This document shows positions 1 to 12,600 of a DNA stretch of 64,000 bases, piece after piece. Numbering within the stretch: position 1 is the stretch's first letter; the number at the start of each line of letters is the position of its first letter. The stretch covers positions 32,001 to 96,000 of the IMG/VR virus record IMGVR_UViG_3300021254_000021. One strand, given 5' to 3'. The notes under the pieces were generated by a model. It saw only the letters and a list, made by a program, of their open reading frames with translations, had not been told where the DNA came from and did no database searches. This DNA is from a virus. Its lineage: Duplodnaviria; Caudoviricetes. A program made the position numbers and the translations under genes.

Positions 1-1
1 G

Positions 2-1090
2 GAATCAACAGAGGATAACACTGATTTAGAGTCTTTTGATTCGCAGACACCTTTTTATAGGGCTACAATTACCTTTACTCTTAGGGCTTATATTTATAGG
101 AAGTATGCCGCCTTATTGCTTGAGGAAGTGATAAGTGGGTATAGGATTCTTGACTATAACAAGGTTACACAACAGGTCGTAGATTCTGATTATCCCGATT
201 TTCCACCAGAACCAGATCCACCTTATCCGCCACCTGGTCCTGATCCGGAACCTACAGGAACTAAATTAACTACGGATAATGTTGCTGTCTTAAACGGCAT
301 AGCGTCCATAGGTTTGTTCCAGTATTCCGAAGCAGGAGAGATGAAGTCGTATGGTGCAGAGGTTGATGGTAAATACCTTAAACCCATAAGTCTCAACTTC
401 ACTAATGGTGGAGCATTCTCTTACACCCACTACGATAAAGTTAATTTAACTGGTAAGTGGAAACTCTTATCTGTAGCCAAAGCCCGTACAGCCGTGCAAC
501 CCTGTATCGTGTTTGCGATTAAGGTAGCGGATAAGTTTACTGATTCTGATACAGAGGATTCTAGCACAGGGAATACTCAAGGTTCTAACACACAGGATTC
601 CTCTGATACTCAGCCCGATAATACTCAATCTGACAACACAGATGTTGGATCTTCTACGGATGATTCCCAGACTATTATCTCAGACGATTCCTTAAACTTT
701 GGATCAATAAAGCCTTCTCTGTCCGATGAAACAGAGAATAGTGATTCGCAGTTAGATAATCCCCAATCAGAGGTAGAAAATACAGAGACAGAGGATACGG
801 AAAGTCCGATTAAATTAGGTTATTTTAATTTAAGTCATACAGATCAAGAACTTAGCTTAAACATCCTTATTTCTGATGAGAATCAGTACATTTATTACGA
901 TTCAGAGAAGGTCTATACTATAGTCTCTTTAAGAAACTATGATGATGATGAGTTAGACATAGAAGGGGTAGAGTTAGTTAATAATGAAGGGAAGTTGGCG
1001 GTTAATACGCATGGAGTTAATTTAAGTGCTTGTGTATTAACTTACTTAGAGAATATCGGCGTTCATACTACGGAAATATTGTCTATCTAA
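2..1090 (+). CDS. 5'-truncated tail completion/terminator-like protein fused to a fibre-type C-terminal module and acidic Ser/Thr/Asp linker
   Basis: The frame of ORF 116..1090 is open back to base 2 (ESTEDNTDLESFDSQTPFYRATITFTLRAYIY, reminiscent of the T4 gp15-like C-terminal strand). Then a Pro-rich linker and a GSIGLF..G.W.LLS..PC.V.A.K module shared with ORF 1122. Confidence 0.5.
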   Translation, partial: ESTEDNTDLESFDSQTPFYRATITFTLRAYIYRKYAALLLEEVISGYRILDYNKVTQQVVDSDYPDFPPEPDPPYPPPGPDPEPTGTKLTTDNVAVLNGIASIGLFQYSEAGEMKSYGAEVDGKYLKPISLNFTNGGAFSYTHYDKVNLTGKWKLLSVAKARTAVQPCIVFAIKVADKFTDSDTEDSSTGNTQGSNTQDSSDTQPDNTQSDNTDVGSSTDDSQTIISDDSLNFGSIKPSLSDETENSDSQLDNPQSEVENTETEDTESPIKLGYFNLSHTDQELSLNILISDENQYIYYDSEKVYTIVSLRNYDDDELDIEGVELVNNEGKLAVNTHGVNLSACVLTYLENIGVHTTEILSI

Positions 1091-1121
1091 AGACTAGAAA
1101 TACTCTATATAGGAGGGGTTT

Positions 1122-3554
1122 ATGATAAGATTTAATGTTACTACAGCGGGACAGACAGCACTTGATGGTGCTACTGCTGGCTCATCTCCTGTAATAATTG
1201 ATGCAGTATCTTTATATGGTGGAGCAACAGGCACATCCAGTATTAAGACCATATCCGAGGTATTTGGTAGCTCATATAAGGATGATACAGGGATTGGCCC
1301 TTATTGTAAAATTTCTTTTGAGGATAATTCTGATTCTTCTTACACCATCACCATGCTTGTTTTAAAGTCTGGTAGTACGGAGATAGCTAAGTCAGAGTTA
1401 ATCTCGGTAACAAAAGCCTCTAATAAAGGTTTGCAGTTAGAGGTTTCTTGTCAGTTTACAGGAGCAGAGAAATGTTCCTTTAATACCATTAAAGTAGCTC
1501 TGCCTCACTCCACACAATTCCGTGAGGGTGTCATTCGTATAGCTCGTCCTACAGGTGAGACAAATAAAGACTTTACTGTCTATAATGCAACTCAAATCGA
1601 CACTATTGTTTCGGACATAGAGACGATCACAGATGGTCTTATTCCTTGGGACACTAATTCTGGATCACCAGTAGAGGGCTCTACCACATTAGAGACACTT
1701 AATATTGTCAATGATTACTCAACCCCTACCCAGACAGTTACGGTAGAAATTTCGGGTAGTGCAAGTGGTGGTGTTTCCAGTCTATCCGTTGGTGGTTATA
1801 TCACAGGTACAGCGGTTGAAACAACACCACACTATTCAGGTGCTATTAGTGCTTCTACTGTTTCCGATACAGCTAAATTAGTTAATGGGACATACATAAG
1901 TAACATTTATTTAAATGAGATTCAGACAGGTACAGAGACAGATATTGCTCGAAAACTCGTCACTTCTCATGCAGTCAGAGCTTATGTAGAGGGACAGGTT
2001 TCCACAATCAATAATGCAGTTGTGCATAAAGCGGGAGCAGAGACGATTGATGGCCCAAAGACCTTTACAGGTGGTATTGTAGCCAATTCCACAATTTCTG
2101 GTTCTGGTATTCAAAGCTCTACGTCCAATTGGGATGCCTCTGGTAATGCAAGCAAATTACCTACTGTGGATGTCGTTAGTACGGCTATAAAAGCGGGTGA
2201 TGAAGCTGTTACGGTAGCTTTCCAACAGGCCGATGCAGGTTTACAGGAACAGATTGATGGAATCAATGCAGGTCAGAATTTAGCAGATATTATAAACAGT
2301 CGCGGTGATGATAATACACAACAGCGCCATGATGATTTAGCTCTCTTGGATGCCTCTAATTTAAATGCAGGGGACAAAGTTCAAGTCCTGCATGATAAAA
2401 CTAAGACGGACGGAACTATTGATACTACACAAGGTTTTGATGGTGTCTCTACTGTTTATACCTTAAAGCAAGTAACCTCTGGACATCCTGCACCGAATAC
2501 ACGGGAAGTTGCGGCTTTAAATAAGTCTGGTTATTATTGGGAGTATGTTGGTCAGTATGGTTGTGACTCTTATACCAAATCACAGTCAGATGATAAGTAT
2601 GTCATTAAAGACAACTTAGATCAATCTATTGCTTCAACTTCTTCAACAACTAATGCACCTTCTACCAAAGCGGTTTATGATGCCTTAGAAGATTTATCAG
2701 ATACTGTAGAAGGTAATTATGTAAAATTAGTATCTGAGTCTGTACAGACAATAGAATCAGAATTAATCCTTGATACAGGATTTAACAGGGTTTCTTTAAC
2801 AGATAGTACATTTGCTTCTGATAGTTATTATGATTTAATTGCTGGAAATACATCTGGTAGTACTTTTGTTAAAGTTAAATTAGAATCTACTTATGGTCAT
2901 TTCGTTGTTTATTTGGGTAGTAGTGATAAGGCTTTTTCTATTGAAAGTTCTGGTGGTACTCCTAATGTTATAGGTACGCATGTAGCTAGTTATCAGGATG
3001 CTACTCATGGTGGAACTTTTACGGATGGTCGTCTTGTAACGGTAGATTATTTGAATGCCTTTACAGGAGACATGGGTGCTTATGCTAAGTTAAGTGCAGA
3101 AAATAACTTTGAAGGAAATATAAATACCTTTAAGGGTGTTTCTGCCACATCTTATACTGGTACAGGAGTTTACAGTTCTTATTCTTCTGGTTCTGATACA
3201 GGTGGATGGGATAATTCAGGTAGTAATTCAAAACTACCAACAGTAGCTTCAGTTAGATCCGCAATTACGGATGCAAAGAATGCTGTTTTAAACACCATTT
3301 CCTCTTCCGATACTATAGGTTCAATTGGTTTATTCATTTATTCAGAGGTTGGTGTGGAAAAAGGGTATGGTGATACCGTGGACGGACAATTTTTAAAAGC
3401 CGCCGCTATTTCGTTACCAATGTCAGGTCAAATTTCGTATAAAGCAGTAGGTCTTCCTATGTCGGGTACATGGACATTGTTATCTGGTGCTTTCAAGAGA
3501 ACAACAGCTACAGAGCCTTGCTTGGTATTGGCACAAAAGATTAGCACACAGTGA
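1122..3554 (+). CDS. tail fibre / baseplate-attached fibre protein
   Basis: AGGAGG RBS; N-terminal VTTAGQTAL like tail-collar fibre N-termini; VVHKAGAETIDGPKTF fibre motif; Ser/Thr/Gly rich. Confidence 0.75.
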   Translation: MIRFNVTTAGQTALDGATAGSSPVIIDAVSLYGGATGTSSIKTISEVFGSSYKDDTGIGPYCKISFEDNSDSSYTITMLVLKSGSTEIAKSELISVTKASNKGLQLEVSCQFTGAEKCSFNTIKVALPHSTQFREGVIRIARPTGETNKDFTVYNATQIDTIVSDIETITDGLIPWDTNSGSPVEGSTTLETLNIVNDYSTPTQTVTVEISGSASGGVSSLSVGGYITGTAVETTPHYSGAISASTVSDTAKLVNGTYISNIYLNEIQTGTETDIARKLVTSHAVRAYVEGQVSTINNAVVHKAGAETIDGPKTFTGGIVANSTISGSGIQSSTSNWDASGNASKLPTVDVVSTAIKAGDEAVTVAFQQADAGLQEQIDGINAGQNLADIINSRGDDNTQQRHDDLALLDASNLNAGDKVQVLHDKTKTDGTIDTTQGFDGVSTVYTLKQVTSGHPAPNTREVAALNKSGYYWEYVGQYGCDSYTKSQSDDKYVIKDNLDQSIASTSSTTNAPSTKAVYDALEDLSDTVEGNYVKLVSESVQTIESELILDTGFNRVSLTDSTFASDSYYDLIAGNTSGSTFVKVKLESTYGHFVVYLGSSDKAFSIESSGGTPNVIGTHVASYQDATHGGTFTDGRLVTVDYLNAFTGDMGAYAKLSAENNFEGNINTFKGVSATSYTGTGVYSSYSSGSDTGGWDNSGSNSKLPTVASVRSAITDAKNAVLNTISSSDTIGSIGLFIYSEVGVEKGYGDTVDGQFLKAAAISLPMSGQISYKAVGLPMSGTWTLLSGAFKRTTATEPCLVLAQKISTQ

Positions 3555-3584
3555 TAATAAGTTGCTTAACACTTTGTACTATCG

Positions 3585-3616
3585 AATAGGAAAGGCTAAC
3601 CACCTTTCCTATTTTT
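3585..3616 (+). terminator. rho-independent terminator
   Basis: AATAGGAAAGG-7nt-CCTTTCCTATT followed by T tract. Confidence 0.75.
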
Positions 3617-3638
3617 GTATTATCTCTAGGAGAAATAT

Positions 3639-6600
3639 ATGTTTCAAGTTGAACTTACATCTTATGGTCAAACACAGATTTCAGCTCAAGTTATTATAGA
3701 GGGTACAATCCTCTTATTAGATCAAATAGACAATATTTCTTCTTTAACAAGCATATCCTCTTATTCTACGGTTTATGATGATGAGGCTGTTGGTAATATA
3801 AAGGGGAGTTTAGGTAATGTCCGAATACTGGACTTGGGTAATACATCCTATCAGGCAAAGACTATTCTTTTCTATAAAACTGTAAACAATGAGAAGAAGA
3901 TTTTGGGAGGTTACTCTCAAGGTACACCACTTATTCAGAAGGTAAATCAACAGTTAAATCTTTTTCTCTCTTTTGATTTCTCAGCGTTTACTCATGGTTT
4001 TTTATTTTCCTCTATTCAAGCAGGGTTTTCCACAGCCACTCATAATACAGATGGTCTTGTGCATATAGAAGATCCAGATATTGAATCAGATAACCAATAC
4101 TCTGTATATTCAAAACCACAGGTAGATGCTCTTTTACTAAGAAATGATACAGAGTTAATTTTAGGTACACAGGCCGCCGCAACAGCTAACTGGACAGGTG
4201 TGACTAAAAGAAATGCACTTTATGTAGGAATGCAGATAAACTACTTCCTTCCTTTTGCTAGCGCCGCAGGATCTAATTTAACTTTAACTCTAGCTAATAA
4301 TACCACAACTGATGCTATTCCTGTTTACTTTAGAGGAGCAACAGTAGTAAGTACACATTTCCCTGTAGGTAGTTTGATTCAGCTAACCTATATGGAAAAT
4401 GTAACTATTGGATCAACTACTATTACTAAAGGGTGGTTTGCTGATTCTGATTATATTGATGGTAACACAACAACTTATATTTCCACATCACAACCTTTAA
4501 AAGCAGGAACTAACGGTATTTATGGTAGATGTCTTGTAATGCGCACAGGTGTAGATACATGGGAATCTATCATGTTGTCTTATTCAAACAAAGTCGCGAA
4601 CCATGTTTTAAATACAAGTGGTTTTTATCCAGATGTAATTTATTATACTTCAGGAACTACTAAAGTAAATTCTGGGTCTAACACTACCGCAACACACTAT
4701 AATATTTATAATACCTTATCATATACAAATTACTTTGCAGATGTAACAACTACACCTTTAGTTGTAGGTAAACCTTTTTATTTTGTTGGTACATTCCATA
4801 ATGATGGAAAGTTCTATTTTAACAATCCTAATTATTATGCACAAGAAGTTACAACAGATGATATTTATGTTCTAGTTGGTATAGCTTATTCAGCTACAAC
4901 AATTTCATTATTACCAGAACATCCTATGTACACCTTAAAAGATGGTGTAGTTACTCAAATAACACATCAGTCTTTTGTAAATTCTGAAAAAATAGATGGT
5001 TTAGAAAACTCAATACCAACAAACACCTCTGATTTAAATAATGATAGTGGATTTATTACTAGTTCAGATATACCAACGAATGTTAGTGCTTTTAATAATG
5101 ATGCGGGCTATCTTACCTCATACACAGAAACAGATCCTACTGTACCTAGTTGGGCTAAACAACCAAGTAAACCAACTTATACAGCTAGTGAAGTGGGGGC
5201 TTTACCAGACAGCACAGTTATTCCTACTGTCTATGATGCTACTTTAACCATTAAGAAGAATAGCTCTGATAATGGTGATACCTTTACTGCCAATGCTTCA
5301 CAGAATAAAACAATAAATTTAGATTTAGCTACGGTAGCTACCTCTGGTAGCTATAATGATTTAAGTAATAAACCCACAATACCTACAAAGACATCAGAAC
5401 TTACGAATGATGCAGAGTTTATTACAGCAGAGGATATACCATCAGACATTTCTGCTTTTAACAATGATGTGGGTTATCTTACATCCTATACAGAGACAGA
5501 CCCCACTGTTCCTGCATGGGCTAAAGAACAAAATAAGCCTAGTTATACATTAGATGAGGTTACAGATGGTTCAACCCGTAAACTTTCAGATTATGTCCCT
5601 ACAACACGTAAGGTAAATAATAAGGCTTTGTCAGCAGACATCACACTTAATTTAGATGATGTCGCAGACGGCTCAAACCGTAAACTTTCAAACTATGTTC
5701 CTTATGGAGAAATATTCTCTACGATAAACGGGTTTGATAATAGAAGACAATGGTTGTTCGAGGTGCATAATGTTCTTTGGGCGGCAACTCAAAGATATGA
5801 TGTTACCATGTCAGGGTTTTCCACAGGTGCTACCACTACGTTCTTTGACGGTTCTTTTGAAACACAATGTAAAGTAACCGCAGGTAATACAGGTGTTATT
5901 ACCATTGCAGGAAAGAATGGGACAAAAATGTTTGATGGTGGTTATCCCTATGGTTATTTAGAGGTAGCCTTTTATTATACGAGTATTCCAGAATCCGTTT
6001 CGTGTAGAGTGTACTCTGACTGGTCACAGAATCCCGGGTGGCATTTATTTACATTAACTAACGTATGTAAATATAACAACCAAGCTCTGTATAGAGGTCA
6101 AAACACAGGATTCTATGGTGTTACTCAAATGGAGATTACCGTAGTAGCCAAAGCAGGGAATGATGCCTCTGTCACAGAAATAGCTTTTTACCAAACCCGT
6201 GGCACACTTCAACAGCTCGCAGTCTTTAATAAAGGGATAGCACAGACTCTTTATTATAACCTAACAGGCCCAAAGTTTATTGTTACTGGTGGTACATCTA
6301 ATCAGTTTATGAAGGCGGACGGGTCTTTGGACTCGAACACTTATTTAACTTCCAGTGCTTTAGCTCCTTATGAGTTGTCTGCTAATTTAAAGGAAGGCGC
6401 TTATGTTGATGTAGATGAAACAACAATGACTTCTACATCGGGCAATCTTCCTACTGGTAAAGCGGTAGCCTCTTATATTTCAGGGTTAAATTATGCTACT
6501 GTCTCTCAAATACCCACTAATGTTTCACAGTTAGCTAATGATGTTCCTTATTTAACACAACACCAGTCCATTAAGACGATAAACAATAATTCCTTAGTGG

Positions 6601-9600
6601 GTACAGGAAATGTTCAGTTAGACTTAGGTGATCACAATGTTATTGAGAGTATTTCCGTAGATGGGGATGCACAGACAATAACAAACAAGAATGTGGATTT
6701 ACACATTCCAGACGATATTGTTTCCATAGAGACTATTGGCTCTTTTTATAGAAACAATGTTTCGGGTACAGGGTCAATCTCTAAACCTGTGGCTAACTGT
6801 TATGGTCAATTCCCAACCATTTCCGTAGCAGGGACATATAGTGTCAGAGTAAGAATGTATTCCTCTACATCCACTTACACACTGAATGTCACCTTTGGTA
6901 CAAACTCTTATTCCTTAACATCTTCAAGTGGTATTATAGATGATACTCGTACACTTACTTTAGCTAGTGGAGCTGTATGGAATGGAACACTTCCCGGCTC
7001 GGTAGCTTCTAATACTGTTATCCGTGTACACGTTTATAAAACAGGGGTGGTTATCAATACCGTTGGTGTAGCGGCTGTAAGTAATGATTACAATGATTTG
7101 GATAATATTCCAACTATTCCAACAGCTACATCTCAACTTACTAATGATAGTGGTTATTTAACACAGCACCAATCTTTAGCAGGAGTAGTAGCAACAGCAC
7201 AGTATAACTCTACGAATAAAACAATAGAGTTTTATAACTCGTCAGGGACAAAATTAAATACTGATATTGACGCTACTGCCTTTATTAAAGACGGTATGGT
7301 GGATAATGTAGAGGTATCTAATGGGAAACTGATTATTTCCTTTAATACCGATGCGGGTAAAGAGGATATAGAGATTCCTATATCTGATATTTTCGATGCT
7401 TCTAACTATTACACCAAGACAGAAACAGATTCAGAGATTAGTGGAGCTATAACAGCTTTAAATCTTGGTACAGCTTCTACTAAGAACTATTCTACTGATA
7501 TGAATACATCGGCTAATTTGCCCACCACATCTGCAATTACTACTTATATTTCTAATCAGAACTTTGCTACCACATCACAAATTCCTACTAAGATTTCAGA
7601 TTTAACAGATGATGTAAACTATGCCACTCAAAGTGATCTTTCTGGTTATGTACAGAAAATTTCATCCTCTACGGATAATGCCATTGTTCGTTTTGATGGT
7701 ACATCTGGTGCAGTACAGAACAGTGGTGTTACCATAGATGATTCAAACAATCTTTTAATTCCTTTAGGTAGTTCAGGTACATTCTCACAGAATGCTAAAT
7801 TGGTTATTGGTAATGCGTGGTTTGGATCAAATACCACAGGTGGTTTGGCTTATGGTGTTAAGTCAGGTTCTACCTATACAGGTTATTACACTTTTGAGAG
7901 TACAGCATTTAGACCTGTATCAACCAGTGATAATGCAATAGACATAGGTACATCCAGTTATCGTTGGAAAGATCTCTATATTGCAGGAAAGATTTGTAAG
8001 AATGGTACATATAAAATTACCGTACCTAGTGCTACTGGCACTATGGCTTTAACTTCGGATATTCCTACGAATGTCTCTCAATTAACCAATGATGCAAACT
8101 ATATTACCTTATCCAGTGTACCTACGAATGTCTCTCAATTAAATAATGACGCCAATTACATTAGTACGGAAACAGACCCAACTGTACCATCGTGGGCTAA
8201 ACAACCAAGTAAACCAACTTATACAGCCAGTGAGGTAGGCGCACTTCCTTCCAACACATTTATTCCCGCTAATACCTCTGATTTAAATAATGATGCAGGG
8301 TTCATAACAACTAGTGATTTATCACCTTATGAGTTATCTGCAAATTTAAAAGAGGGGGCTTATGTGGATGTAGATGAGAACACGACGACTGCATCCTCTA
8401 CAAACCTTACTACAGGTAAATCTATGGCGGCGTATGTGTCGTCACAGAACTTTGCTAAAGTATCACAGTTACCTACTGTTAATAATGCTACTTTAACTAT
8501 TCAGAAGAATGGAACAACCGTAAATACTTTTACGGCAAATGCCTCATCACCTGTTACAGCTAATATTACCGTTCCAACAACCGTAGCGGAATTAACAGAT
8601 GCAAGTAATTACGTAACGGAAAATGATTTAGAGACAACCGTACAGGATTATTTAGAAGATCATCAGAATGTTATAGTAGCAGGAAACAATATTACTATAA
8701 CATCTAGCTCAAGTGTTTTACCTACAGGTTATTCACAAGTAGAGTATATTCAAAGTAATGGGTCTTCTTACTTAGACACAGGATTAGCTCCAACAGATAC
8801 TACTAAAATAATTGTAGACATCTTTAATAATTCTACGGGCTCTTTCTATGTTATTGGTGCAAGAGCTTCATCTAGCTCTACCATTATTCTTGCTCAATCA
8901 GGTAGTTCTACTGGTGCAGTCCTTTCAGGTACATTTAATGGTACATCTATAACTGCAAAGACAGGAAGTACAAATTGGTCAAGAACGTCATTAGGACAGA
9001 GATACGTAATTACCTTAGAGACAAACAATGGAACAGGCTTTTATGAAATAGAGGATTTAACGAATGATAGAGAGTTTAGTGCTTCTATTTCTTACTCTAC
9101 CATAGGTACGGTCTCTACACATATTCTACTGTGTGCTTTTAATTCCTCTAATGTCTTGGGTGGAACTACGCGGGTTTATAGGTGTGAGATTTATAGAGAT
9201 GATGTTTTAGCTTTCCAAGGTATTCCTTGTTATAGAAATTCGGACGGTAGATATGGTCTTTATGATACCGTATCCGATACCTTTATTACATCCTCATCTT
9301 CTACACAGTTTACAGGTAGTACGGAGATAAATGATGTCTTAACCATTTCCTCTAAGGATGAAAAGGCACAGTGGGGTAAAATTACAGGTACACTGTCTAA
9401 TCAGATAGATTTAAATACTGCTCTAGGTCTAAAGGCTAACTCTGCTGATTTAGCTACGGTAGCAACCAGTGGTAATTATAATGACCTTACAAATAAGCCG
9501 ACTATTCCAACGGTTAATAATGCTAAATTAACAATTAAAAAGAATAGCTCTGATACAGGAACGGAGTTTACGGCTAATGCTTCATCCCCAGTTACTTGCA

Positions 9601-12600
9601 ATTTAGGGTTAAAGGAAGGAGCGTTCGTTGATGTAGATGAAACGACAATGACTTCTTCGTCAAACAACCTTCCAACTTCTAAGGCAGTAGCTACTTACGT
9701 TTCTGGATTGGGTTATTTAACAACGGAGACAGATCCCACTGTTCCTTCATGGGCTAAACAGTCAAGTAAGCCAACGTATACAGCGAGCGAGGTTGGTGCT
9801 TTACCCGATAGTACAACAATTCCTTCAAAAACATCTCAATTAACAAATGATTCAGGGTTTATTACTCTGTCAGATGTTCCTGCTATTCCTTCAAAAACCA
9901 CAGCTCGTAGTGACCAAGGGTATTTATATAATGGTCAGTCCGTAGATGTGGTTATGAATAATATCGGATTCTCTAATGCCAATAACCTTATTAACACCTC
10001 TGGTGTTACGGCTTATGTGGCAATTAGAGCTAACAGCAATAATCCATTCTTAGGGTTAAAGGAAGGATCTAACTTGTGGTATGCTCAGGCAGCTTCAAAT
10101 TATTTTTATTTTGGACCTACCTCCGCAAAGGCATTGAGGTTAGATCAGTCTGGTAATGGCACATTTCAAACAGGTACTTGTACGGCTACAGGATTTAAAT
10201 ATAAAAATGGAACTACTGAGGGTAGACAAGACCAATTTTTGAAAGCGGATGGATCTTTAGATTCTAATACTTATTTAACCTCTTATACGGAAACAGACCC
10301 AACAGTACCCGCATGGGCAAAAACACCAAATAAGCCTACTTATACAGCCAGTGAGGTTGGAGCTTTACCAAGTACTACAGTAATACCTACAGATACAGGA
10401 GACTTAACAAATAATGCAGGTTATATTAATCAAATTAAAACCATAAATAATGAGAGTCTTATAGGTACTGGAAATATCACTATATCAGGTGGCCCAACCT
10501 ATACAGCAGGTGAAGGTATATCTTTATCAAATAATACTATTAAAACAACTGGTATTCCATTTGGAATATGTGATTCGACTTCAACAGCAACAGCTTTTAC
10601 AGTAACCGTCCCCGGTATATATAAATTGGAAGATGGTGTGTGCTGTATGGTAAAAAATGGTGTAGTAACCTCAGCTTCAGGTTTTACACTCAATGTAAAT
10701 GGTCTTGGTGGAAAACCATGCTACACAAATTTAGCAGCATCTACGCGTGACACTACAATCTTCAATGTATCATATACAATGCTTTTTGTGTATGATAGTA
10801 CAAGAGTGTCTGGCGGTTGTTGGATTTGTTATAGAGGGTACGACTCAAATACTAATACAGTAGGTTATCAGCTAAGAACAAATTCTAGCACTTTACCAGT
10901 AAAATTTAAAACATATAGATATAGGTTATATTTTACTAGTTTTGATGGTAATTACTTTGTTGGTGCAAATAGTTCGACTTCTACAGATAATACTACTGCA
11001 CGGACACCTACTACTGAAAAAATAAATCCATTTGGTCGTATTATATATTATAGTACAAATGGTACTACTAATTCTGGTGCTAATCTAACTGCTACAGCTA
11101 TATGGAATCAGTACACAGTATCAATAGGTTATTCATTTACAGTATCTCTAGTGGATGATAAACCCGTTTATGTAAAATGCTCACCTCAGAGTGACGGATC
11201 TGCTATTATTGATTCAGATACTCCGATTGTGCAAACCTTACCTTCTTCTAATGATGGAAAGATTTATATATTACTTGGTATTGCATATAGTACAACAGCT
11301 TTTGAACTAATACCTAACCATCCTGTTTATTACCATGATGGAACTGGGATACGTTTATGGTCAGGAAAGGATAGTTATTCAAAGACGGAGGCTGATAGTT
11401 CTTTTGTCACGATAAATTCTGATCAGACTATAACCTCTAATAAGACTTTACAGTTTGGTAAAAAACTATATTTAGGTTCAGCTTATTCTTATATAGCAGG
11501 TAGTTCTAATAGTGGGTCTATACACATTTGTGCTTTTCTCTCTACAAATTCTAGTTTTTATACTGAATTTGATGTAACTAGTAATGGTTTAACACTAACA
11601 AAGCATAGTGGTACAAGTGAAGCTCCTGTAGAAACGAAGTTAGTAAACCTTTCTTATACTTTAGACGCAAATAAACTTCAGGTGTGGACTACTTTGTTAA
11701 TGAAGGGTAGTGTATTAGAATTTGGGGATACTTCAAATAATAGCACTATTTATTTTCGGATACGATCTGTAGATCGTACAGTAAATTCTCAGACGGTTAA
11801 AGATACTTATTTAGATGTACAAAGTGATGGTAGACTAAATGTTAGTTATGGTAATAATATTAAGTGTTATGTAGATACTGATGGTGTTACTATATCTGAT
11901 TCTAAAACTTTAACTTTTAATGGAGCTAATAGCAATTACTCAACTTCTTTACAAAATGATAATTTTACAAGCACCTTAAAAATGACTGGTGTGTTTGCGC
12001 CTTCTACTACGGAAACATACACTCTAGGTACATCCTCTTTAAAATGGAGCAATGTTTATTCTACAACCTTCACAGGTAATCTAACAGGTGATGTTACTGG
12101 TAAATTTGCGACAGCAAGGAATATTAACGGACTCGCCTTTGATGGTAGTGCCGATATTCAGAACTTTGCTCAATGTACAACAGAAGGTAATGTTGCGGCA
12201 AAGACAGCAACCATTACAGGATTAACAGTGTCTAATGGTATAGACATTTATATCCATTTTAGTGCTTCTAATACAGCCACAGATCCAACCTTAAACATAA
12301 ATGATACTACAGCATACCCAATTTATTTTGGTGCTAATAAAGCAGGTACCACACAGGAATCATCTTGGTATAGTGGAGAGATTGTACACTTCGTATTCTT
12401 CACTATGGGTGGTGGTAGATGGTATGCAATAGGTAGATCACATGCTGTATTTGGTTATGATACTTTTGGCTATAATATAGCTCAAGGTTATCCTTACAAT
12501 ATGTACACAGCTAAGTCCTCTGGGGCACGTCATGTTGTAGATACTACTAGTCCTTCCTCGACTAATACGGCCATGATGCTAACCATGTGGTCTAAGACAG

